IMG/VR virus record: IMGVR_UViG_3300006310_000773 | Source of the DNA: a virus | Reading direction: 5' to 3' (one strand) | DNA: 64,000 bases | Part shown: one piece after another, positions 49,039 through 56,798 of the stretch | Numbering within the stretch: position 1 is the first letter of the stretch | Layout of the letters: each line of letters starts with the position of its first letter | Notes under the pieces: model-generated | Database searches by the model: none | What the model was told of the DNA's origin: nothing | Seen by the model: only the letters and a program-made list of their open reading frames with translations | Program-made: the position numbers and the translations under genes

Positions 49039-49666
49039 ATATGCGGTTGCATGTATATGTGTTGGTGACAAATACAATGTAAAAGATGTAAAACGTTTAG
49101 AAAAAATGGTTTTTGAAAATACCACATATAATATAAACTTTCGAGTATTTGATGAACCTATTCTTCCCAAATGGTGGACTAAAGTTTTATATCATTCCCC
49201 AATGATAGAACCATTTGAAGAAGAAGTCGTTTTAGCTTTTGATTTAGACGTGATCATAAAAGGAAACATAGATCCCCTATTTGATTGGGTAGAACAACAA
49301 GATTATTTGTGTGCATGTTGGTGTAGGTGGAGAGAACATATGGAAGATTTTGAAAAACGCCGGTCACAAAAAGAATGTTGCACCCCCTATAACTCTTCTA
49401 TATTAGGATGGAAACCAAACAGCAGTTTAAAAGTGTGGGAGAAATTTGAATTTGAAGATATTGAAAAATGTGGTGGATTTGATACATATCTTTGGATGAA
49501 ATATCTTGATCCCATTCGTATACCAGACCATTTTTATTATTCTGCTAGTTATTCTAATTATCAAGAATTAGATTATCCAATAGCCATTTTTAATAAAGGA
49601 TATTCTGATGGACTAGAAAAGGAAGAAATATATTCTACTGTTCCTTGGACTAAAAAATATATCTAA
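49031..49666 (+). CDS. Glycosyltransferase (GT-A)
   Basis: CVGDKY, WWTK, FDLDVII and YNSS; paralog of 46888-47640. Confidence 0.75.
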   Translation: MFKYAVACICVGDKYNVKDVKRLEKMVFENTTYNINFRVFDEPILPKWWTKVLYHSPMIEPFEEEVVLAFDLDVIIKGNIDPLFDWVEQQDYLCACWCRWREHMEDFEKRRSQKECCTPYNSSILGWKPNSSLKVWEKFEFEDIEKCGGFDTYLWMKYLDPIRIPDHFYYSASYSNYQELDYPIAIFNKGYSDGLEKEEIYSTVPWTKKYI

Positions 49667-50334
49667 TACCAAACACCATTAGGACTTTCATGAACTAATC
49701 CTATATCCTCTTTTAAAACTTCATTACAAAATTCCACATCATCATGAAAATCATTATTCATCATAAATCCTATTGAAAATCTATTACAGTCCGTTCCTGC
49801 ACAATGCCAAGCATATTCTTTTTTTTCTTCAACATGATCTAAATGACTAGTAATTTTCATAGATTTAATATTCCATCCTGCAGAATCTTGATATTCTTCA
49901 ATTTTTTTTGAATCACCATAAACTTTAAAAATACCATCACCTGTTTCTGACCAAGAAAATATTATATTTTTGCCTGGGATATTCGCATTATGATGCCAAG
50001 CAATATATCCACCAGGAGGATAATGTTGACATAAAGGACTTCTTCTTGCTCCCACTAAAGAAGCTAATTTAGTTGACAATTTTAAAAGTTCTTCATGAGG
50101 TTCAGAAGCTTCCAGACCAAAATCATTTGATAATATATGTGTAGGCCCGCCAGAGCCTGAATCACCTTCCATTATATTAAACAAATATTCATCAGAAATA
50201 GCCTCTTCTTTTGAAATTATTTCTCTTTTATTTCTATCTTCAATATTTCCATCACTTTTAATAAAATCGAATACAAAAGGTTCAAATAATTTTAAAATTT
50301 TTAAAATATCTTGTGGTATATCTTTTTCAATCAT
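49663..50334 (-). CDS. Fe(II)/2OG oxygenase-like protein
   Basis: YPPGGYIAWHHN ... WHCA ... RFSIG. Confidence 0.6.
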   Translation of the reverse strand: MIEKDIPQDILKILKLFEPFVFDFIKSDGNIEDRNKREIISKEEAISDEYLFNIMEGDSGSGGPTHILSNDFGLEASEPHEELLKLSTKLASLVGARRSPLCQHYPPGGYIAWHHNANIPGKNIIFSWSETGDGIFKVYGDSKKIEEYQDSAGWNIKSMKITSHLDHVEEKKEYAWHCAGTDCNRFSIGFMMNNDFHDDVEFCNEVLKEDIGLVHESPNGVWY

Positions 50335-51058
50335 GCCAACCTGTTCCTTTGGGATAACTTAAAAATACAATATCTGAATAATTAACATTTTCTATTTCAC
50401 AATCATATCCTGGTGCTGTAAAATTCCATAAACAATCGTCATTTTTTGTTGTATTAAAATACCAATTCCATTTTATATCATTTCTGTACCATTCATCTTC
50501 TTTATCACATAACATTAAATGTAATGGAAATTGATCCCACATTTCAACAGGACCTTTCTCATATTTAAAATCCCATCTTGAATGCCAATTATGCTTCATC
50601 TTCCATTGCCAATTATTCCACCATTCCTCCATAAATGTTTTCATTTTTTTATTATTTTTCCAAACAAAAGCACCACCATGAGGTCTTTCTTCTTCATGAA
50701 TGTTCCACCAACATGCTGATGCACAATAAGGTCTAATTTTCGTAAAAACTATATCATTATCACAAAGTGCTTCAAATACATTATTTGCATTGTCTGATAA
50801 ACAAACTACATCAGCATCTAAAAAACATGTAATATCATAGGGGGTTTTTGTTAATGCCCACAATTTAGCCCTGATTGTTTTAGGAGCACCACCAATAACA
50901 TTGTCAAATATATGATTTCCTGGATCTAAGATCCATTCATTGTCAGTAACTAATGTGATTGGATATTGTGTATATTCTTTTATGCTGTCGGCGAGGAGTT
51001 GTGCCGCAGTAAGAAATCTTTTATTTTTGGAAGCGACAACAAGAAATCCATTATTCAT
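50327..51058 (-). CDS. Glycosyltransferase (GT-A, GT8-like); likely start MNNGF at 51058
   Basis: LADSIK, KLWALTKTPYDITCFLDADV and WDQF. Confidence 0.75.
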   Translation of the reverse strand: MNNGFLVVASKNKRFLTAAQLLADSIKEYTQYPITLVTDNEWILDPGNHIFDNVIGGAPKTIRAKLWALTKTPYDITCFLDADVVCLSDNANNVFEALCDNDIVFTKIRPYCASACWWNIHEEERPHGGAFVWKNNKKMKTFMEEWWNNWQWKMKHNWHSRWDFKYEKGPVEMWDQFPLHLMLCDKEDEWYRNDIKWNWYFNTTKNDDCLWNFTAPGYDCEIENVNYSDIVFLSYPKGTGWHD

Positions 51059-51518
51059 TTTCTTCAATTGCTGGTTTGAGAACATTTCCCCATTCAGTAA
51101 GACCATGAATTGGATCACTGATTGATTTTAGTAATAATACAGTAACCCATGCATTTAATTCTACAAGATTTGTTGATTTTCTTATTTTGGAACGAAGAAT
51201 TTTATCTTTAGACTCTTTCACTTCTGATATTTCAAATGCTTTTAATTTTGTATCAAATAATGTTTTTAAATCATCTTGAGCTTTATCTGATTCTTCTTCT
51301 TTTTTTTGATTTATTATTTTTCTTTGAGAATGGGCATGTGAGAAATCATCTATTTCTTTAGGAGTAAATTTTTTGAAAAATTCTTCCCAATGTTCTGTTC
51401 CTACAGAGGTTTGTATCGAATATGTATCATCATCATTTGCGTTTTTTAATAAAATTGCAATAGAGGTTTTTTCAGAATTAGTCCAAATTCCTTCAACCAC
51501 TTCATCACTAAATATCAT
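51051..51518 (-). CDS. Hypothetical phage protein (possible fibre assembly helper)
   Basis: ORF directly downstream of the repeat-bearing virion-like gene; LFDTKLKAFEI..V motif. Confidence 0.5.
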   Translation of the reverse strand: MIFSDEVVEGIWTNSEKTSIAILLKNANDDDTYSIQTSVGTEHWEEFFKKFTPKEIDDFSHAHSQRKIINQKKEEESDKAQDDLKTLFDTKLKAFEISEVKESKDKILRSKIRKSTNLVELNAWVTVLLLKSISDPIHGLTEWGNVLKPAIEENE

Positions 51519-51534
51519 AATTTATCCTATTATA

Positions 51535-52629
51535 TTATCCAATTCTCTTATAAAGATTATAAGCGTTTATAACGTTAGAGCTTCCATCATTTTGAATTGT
51601 AGCTCCTGTCCAATACCCAGTATATTGTCCAGTATATTGCCCGCTATATTGTGTACCATATTGTCCAGTATACCACGGCCCGTATCGAGCTCCACCAAAA
51701 TTTCCATATTGTACTCTATATTGTCCTGACCACTGACCAGTATATTGTCCGGTATATTGTCCGCTATATTGTGTAGAATATTGTTGATTTGCTACAGAAC
51801 ACATATAGTCAGTGAATCCCCCAACTTGTGTCCAAGTTCCAGATCCAGATGCTGATCCCGTTTTTATTTCATAATCTCCCACATTATTTCCACCACTGCC
51901 TCCAGTAATACGATTTATCCAATGTGCGACTAATGTTTCTATTTCCGCATCTGTCATTTCTTGAACATCTCCACCAGTTCCCTTATATTTTACTGGTTGA
52001 AAGCTTCCCACACTACCTGTAGAAGTTTTTCTCCAAAGATAAATATTTGTGCTATGTGAATCTTGTGCGGTGGTTTGTGCATAGTCTATATGTTCTCCAC
52101 CAGAAGGGGGGTTAGTTCCTGTTGTAACATTTATCCACGTTCCTCCTAATGAACCTGAGGGCTCGCTTGCTCCCAAATAATATGTACCAACTCCTGTATT
52201 ACTTCCCGTTAAAACATATACTTCTTGACAACATCTCATAATATCATCTACCAATTTAGCGGCATTCATTTCTTGTAAAACGCCCGATCCTTCCCAAGCT
52301 AAAGGCCACACCTCTCCTCCTGTGGCTTCTGCAGAATTATCATTCGCTGCAAGACCATATTCACTGATTGTAGAAGATCCACTACCAGTAGGATGATACC
52401 CCACAGCATCATCTCTTTTAGTATCAATGAAGTATCCTAAATTTCCAGTTGTAGTTGTTGCTCTTAATTGAATGTTTCCGCGTTGTGCATCAGATTGGTC
52501 ACTTGCCCATTTTGCTAAAATAACAGGAACAATTTTATCCTTTATATCAGCATCTGTCATTTCTCTTAAACTGCTGTTACCTGGGTCTAAATCTGATACC
52601 CACAACGGTCTGTTATCACCTGCCGCCAT
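51535..52629 (-). CDS. Virion/fibre-associated protein with three internal repeats and a C-terminal (QY/WxG)n aromatic repeat
   Basis: Gly/Ser/Thr-rich; three P..-(L/V)(R/Q)EM repeats; QYSTQYSGQYTGQYTGQWSGQY...YTGQYGTQYSGQYTGQYTGYWTG. Confidence 0.65.
   Translation of the reverse strand: MAAGDNRPLWVSDLDPGNSSLREMTDADIKDKIVPVILAKWASDQSDAQRGNIQLRATTTTGNLGYFIDTKRDDAVGYHPTGSGSSTISEYGLAANDNSAEATGGEVWPLAWEGSGVLQEMNAAKLVDDIMRCCQEVYVLTGSNTGVGTYYLGASEPSGSLGGTWINVTTGTNPPSGGEHIDYAQTTAQDSHSTNIYLWRKTSTGSVGSFQPVKYKGTGGDVQEMTDAEIETLVAHWINRITGGSGGNNVGDYEIKTGSASGSGTWTQVGGFTDYMCSVANQQYSTQYSGQYTGQYTGQWSGQYRVQYGNFGGARYGPWYTGQYGTQYSGQYTGQYTGYWTGATIQNDGSSNVINAYNLYKRIG
51604..51786 (-). repeat. 12-bp-period coding repeat, including two 47-bp direct repeats (51617-51663 and 51737-51783)
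   Basis: Recurrent tatattg unit every 12 bp; the two 47-mers are 120 bp apart and differ at 4 positions. Confidence 0.9.
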
Positions 52630-52642
52630 ATTTTATCCTTTA

Positions 52643-53629
52643 TTATGGTCCTAATCTTGTTCCTGAGGTATTGAATACACCAAAAGTAACCCATTGTGCT
52701 AATCCATTTCCGTCAGAATCTTGTAACAATTTATACTGTGCGGGAGATCCGCCTGAAATTGTAACAGTATTAGATAAAGTTACAGTATTTCCATGTCCCA
52801 TTGTTATAGCTACATCTCTACCCAATCCACCAAGAAGACCACTATCAATAATGACTTCTTGTGCTGCATTCATTGTAATAGTATCTTCTGCTTCAGAATT
52901 TTGAATAATATTTCCGGATAATTTAAGCTTATCAGCAGTTACTTGTACGGTTCCGTCTACAGCATTATCAATGGTTTCTCCGTTGCCAAATGTAATAGTA
53001 TTTCCACCAAATGATACATTATCTGTTATCTCCCATTTGGATCCTGAATCATTCCACAATATACTATGATCAGTCGCTCCATCATTTACTTGAATTCCAG
53101 CACCAGTAGCAGTTGCTGTAGTTTTTATCGCCGCATTTGATAATTCAATAGTTTTGTCTGTAGTTACAAGAGTTGTTGATTCTACTTTAGTTTGTGTACC
53201 CTGAACAGTTAAATTTCCTGTAATAACTGTATGGGCCGCCGCTAATTGTAAATGAGAAGTTGTGGCTGTGATTTGAGATGTATTAACAAATATTCTCTCA
53301 TTCCCTGCACCAGCATCTCCTGCATAAATTTTTATTTCATCTTCATCATTACCCCATCCTTCATGGACTGTAATTTTTGTATCTTGATCTTTATCTATTA
53401 AATCATTTAATGCTATCCACTCCGCATCATGATATCCTTCATATTTTCCTAAAGTTGAATTATATCTAACTTGACCAGTGTTCGGACCATACACTCCCGC
53501 GGGTCTTTGAGCAGTGGTTCCAACAGGAACGGTCATATAACCAGTAGTGTTAAAAATCGTGTTTCCTGTAATTACCTGATCACCATCGATATCAACTGTT
53601 TGTGATAATTCATAAGCTCGTGATGTCAT
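52643..53629 (-). CDS. Tail fibre-like structural protein
   Basis: VPVGTTAQRP...GQVRYNSTLGKYEGY module, GNLTVQGT, and G/T/S-rich composition. Confidence 0.7.
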   Translation of the reverse strand: MTSRAYELSQTVDIDGDQVITGNTIFNTTGYMTVPVGTTAQRPAGVYGPNTGQVRYNSTLGKYEGYHDAEWIALNDLIDKDQDTKITVHEGWGNDEDEIKIYAGDAGAGNERIFVNTSQITATTSHLQLAAAHTVITGNLTVQGTQTKVESTTLVTTDKTIELSNAAIKTTATATGAGIQVNDGATDHSILWNDSGSKWEITDNVSFGGNTITFGNGETIDNAVDGTVQVTADKLKLSGNIIQNSEAEDTITMNAAQEVIIDSGLLGGLGRDVAITMGHGNTVTLSNTVTISGGSPAQYKLLQDSDGNGLAQWVTFGVFNTSGTRLGP

Positions 53630-53634
53630 TTTTA

Positions 53635-54150
53635 TTATTCCTTCGTTTTATTTTTAGTAATCCAATTGTCGATGGATGTCCAATCGACCCAATCTTCTAA
53701 TTGATTTAATGCTTTAAAGGTCATATTTTGTAATCCTCCAAAATTAGGAGAAAATAGATCATTGTCTATCATATCACCCGCATCCATTTTTGTAATATCT
53801 AATTCTACAATACTATCATTTAATATATTTATGTCATTTAATGATTCTTCGTGCTTACTCTGATCAACTGCCCAAGTATTTGTAGCTGGGTCATGTGTTC
53901 CATATTTATTTAATATTTCTGCTCTATTATTTAAATAAATTTGATGATGTTGTTTAATTGCTCTTGCGCATATAAACAATTTCCAAAAAATTGCAGTTTT
54001 GTCCCAATCTCGTTGTAAATATGCACTTGTCTGAAAATATTTTGTCCATAATTCATTTATAAAAATGACATATTCTTCATCAGTAAAATATGCATATCTA
54101 ATTTTCACATTTTTATCATTATTTACAACTTTTTCTTTTTTATTCTTCAA
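53635..54150 (-). CDS. Hypothetical protein (possible fibre chaperone)
   Basis: ORF between two fibre genes. Confidence 0.45.
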   Translation of the reverse strand: MKNKKEKVVNNDKNVKIRYAYFTDEEYVIFINELWTKYFQTSAYLQRDWDKTAIFWKLFICARAIKQHHQIYLNNRAEILNKYGTHDPATNTWAVDQSKHEESLNDINILNDSIVELDITKMDAGDMIDNDLFSPNFGGLQNMTFKALNQLEDWVDWTSIDNWITKNKTKE

Positions 54151-56584
54151 TTTCTTCCATTAATATTTTATATTTTTTACCTGTCAAATTATTTGTTAAT
54201 GACAAGTAATCACTTTCCTCGACGACTTTCCAATCGCCACGTTCATTTTTCAAATTTAAGTCAGAAGTATATATGTTAGCCCATCTTAAAGAATCACTTC
54301 CCATATCTCTCGTTCCATTAGCATCAGGTAAAACATCTGAAGCGAAAAAACCTCCAGACATATCAATATTCGAGTTAAATGTCGCTAATCCTGTAAAAGA
54401 AGATGTAGTTCCCACCAAAAGATTATCTTCAATTTCTATTGCTCCACAATGGAAATTTTCATAATCCGCTATTGTTATATTTCCTGCTGCTGATCCATCA
54501 TCTCCTACACGACATGTTGAAAATTCATCCAAACTTTCATCCCAAATAAATGCCGTATTTCCAAGATCATTAGTTCCTCTAATGAATACAAATCCGGTAT
54601 CATAAGCATTATTTGTTGGTACTGCTGAAAAATTATTAAGAACTATAAACGGATCTGTTATAGTCATAGTATCAGAACTAACTTCAGTAGTTGTTCCTGT
54701 AATATGTAAATTACCAATAAGAGTTGTGTCTTGACCTGACGGGGTTATTGTTAATTCACCAGCCGCATTCGTCGCAAAAGTAGTATTTGCCGCAAAACTA
54801 TGTAATAATTTTAATTGAATTGCATCAGTTCCATTACCCTTAACATCTAATGTAACTGCTGGTTCTTTAACGCCAATACCAACTCTATCATTATGTACAT
54901 CAACAGCAAATGTCGCGTTAGCATGTGATACAGGATCAACACCAATATAAGTATTAGCTTGAACAGAAGACCATCCGGCGGTGTTTGCCCATCTATCTTT
55001 AGTATAAACATCAGTATTTTCAAAAGAAGTCCACGCCCAAGATTCAACTATATTACCTACTGTTTGAGCTGGAATAGTAACAGAAGTTGCATTAGTTGCT
55101 GTCAATAAACTTTGATCAATTTTCACTCCTTCACTAAATACTTCAATCATTCCAGGAGTATATCCACCATTAATCGTAAACGTTGTCTGACTAGCGGTTG
55201 CTACAAATCTCTCTTTTGTCATTGCCGCTTTGGATAAATCTGTTGCAGCCATTGACATAACATCTATTATATCATCTACTCCAACGGTAAAGTTAAGAAA
55301 AGTTATAGCACTTCCTAATACATCAGTGTCATAATCAGCAGAATCCAGTTTAATACCGTTCACGAATACTTGTAACCAATTTGGATTATATTGTGCACTT
55401 ACTGAGGTAGTTGAATCTGTCGGTGCCTCAATTCTTGTATTATATACTGTTGTGGATGGAGAGAGTTGATACCACGCCGCTGCTGTATTTGAGTAATACT
55501 CCATTTGTCCTTTACCGGCATCATACTCTTTATTAAATCTAAGCATACCATCTTCAAGATCAGTCGATGGTCTTTGTGCTGAAGATCCTGATGGAACAGT
55601 AATAGAAGTCTCACCATCTCTTCCTAAAATATTATGACAAAATACGTTGTTAGCCCATACTGATTGTACTCTCTGGTCTGTTTTTCCTATATGAAGTTCA
55701 GTTCCGCTACCGGACCAACTACTTGGTAAAAAATATCCATCATCAGTATCACTTCCAATATACCATCTCTCTGTTCCTTCAGTATAAAATTTAATTTCGT
55801 CTTCATCTCCGCCATGAGTAGTTTCAACAGTTATTTTTGTGTCTTGGTCTGAATCAATAGCTCCACCTAATGACATAAAAGTATTAGAAACATGATCATA
55901 ACCCTCATATCTGTCTAATGTTGTATTATATCTAATTACTCCGCGTAAAGAATGATCTGCATTTGTGGTACTAGATAAATCTGTAATTTCTGGTCTATCT
56001 GAAGTTTCGCCAGAAGGTATTTTTAAATGTGAAGTTGTGTTTGCTCCAACCGTGTCCCATACATAAAGGTTTTTCCATCTTTCCCCATTATTACCTAAAC
56101 TAATTGCAGTATTTGTTAAACCAATTGGAGGTAATGGTGTAATATCTGCGGCAATGTCTCCCACTATTGTTACAGTATCTACGTCTGCATCATCACCTAA
56201 TTGAATATTTCCTTCTGCTTTAACTACTCCTGCTACGTAAACTGATCCGCCGACATTTAAACTTTTTTGAACTGAAATACCACCTTTAAATATAGCGGAG
56301 CCTGTGGACAAACTTGCTCCAAAATCATCACTTGTACCATCTGTCACATCTCGTAAACTATTGGAGGTTATTCCACCTTCTCCTGTTGTATTGAATTCTA
56401 TTGATCCATTTGCTATTAAATCACCAATTCTTATTCCACCATTTCCATCATCATCTCTTCTTACTACTGTATTTGCGATACCTGCGTCTGTTCCAGCATT
56501 AACGTCGGCAATGACCAAGTTGGTCTGATTACGCCACGTTTCAAAGGTATCAGTTAAAGCTACGTTTGCGAATGAAGTTGCCAT
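54140..56584 (-). CDS. Tail fibre protein
   Basis: DTFETWRNQTN N-terminus, repeated PSG...RP...G.IRYN modules, VFVNGIKL Ig-like repeats, and a WANIYTSDLNLKN...TGKKYKI C-terminus typical of marine T4-like fibres. Confidence 0.8.
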   Translation of the reverse strand: MATSFANVALTDTFETWRNQTNLVIADVNAGTDAGIANTVVRRDDDGNGGIRIGDLIANGSIEFNTTGEGGITSNSLRDVTDGTSDDFGASLSTGSAIFKGGISVQKSLNVGGSVYVAGVVKAEGNIQLGDDADVDTVTIVGDIAADITPLPPIGLTNTAISLGNNGERWKNLYVWDTVGANTTSHLKIPSGETSDRPEITDLSSTTNADHSLRGVIRYNTTLDRYEGYDHVSNTFMSLGGAIDSDQDTKITVETTHGGDEDEIKFYTEGTERWYIGSDTDDGYFLPSSWSGSGTELHIGKTDQRVQSVWANNVFCHNILGRDGETSITVPSGSSAQRPSTDLEDGMLRFNKEYDAGKGQMEYYSNTAAAWYQLSPSTTVYNTRIEAPTDSTTSVSAQYNPNWLQVFVNGIKLDSADYDTDVLGSAITFLNFTVGVDDIIDVMSMAATDLSKAAMTKERFVATASQTTFTINGGYTPGMIEVFSEGVKIDQSLLTATNATSVTIPAQTVGNIVESWAWTSFENTDVYTKDRWANTAGWSSVQANTYIGVDPVSHANATFAVDVHNDRVGIGVKEPAVTLDVKGNGTDAIQLKLLHSFAANTTFATNAAGELTITPSGQDTTLIGNLHITGTTTEVSSDTMTITDPFIVLNNFSAVPTNNAYDTGFVFIRGTNDLGNTAFIWDESLDEFSTCRVGDDGSAAGNITIADYENFHCGAIEIEDNLLVGTTSSFTGLATFNSNIDMSGGFFASDVLPDANGTRDMGSDSLRWANIYTSDLNLKNERGDWKVVEESDYLSLTNNLTGKKYKILMEEIEE

Positions 56585-56594
56585 GTGTTAATCC

Positions 56595-56798
56595 CTAATA
56601 GTTAATAAATTTTTTAATTTCTAATATTTCCGCTTTTATTTCAGAAATTTCCGTCTTTAGTGTATTTATCTCCGCTTGTCTACTGTCAGCTTGCCTTTTC
56701 ACTAATCTATGGGCAGTTAATGCATCTATATCATTTCTTAATATTGCATTGCTTTCAGTATCTTTCAGAAATCCTGGAGCGTCTGTTAAAATTTTCAT
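56595..56798 (-). CDS. Small coiled-coil protein
   Basis: KDTESNAIL...EINTLKTEISEIK; contains a GATAAATA motif upstream of the fibre gene. Confidence 0.6.
   Translation of the reverse strand: MKILTDAPGFLKDTESNAILRNDIDALTAHRLVKRQADSRQAEINTLKTEISEIKAEILEIKKFINY

Noticed and set aside
51604-51786. Repeat read as a CRISPR array or DGR template/variable repeat pair
   Set aside because: It has a 12-bp in-frame coding period with no unique spacers. No cas or reverse transcriptase gene is in the window, and mismatches are not confined to adenines.
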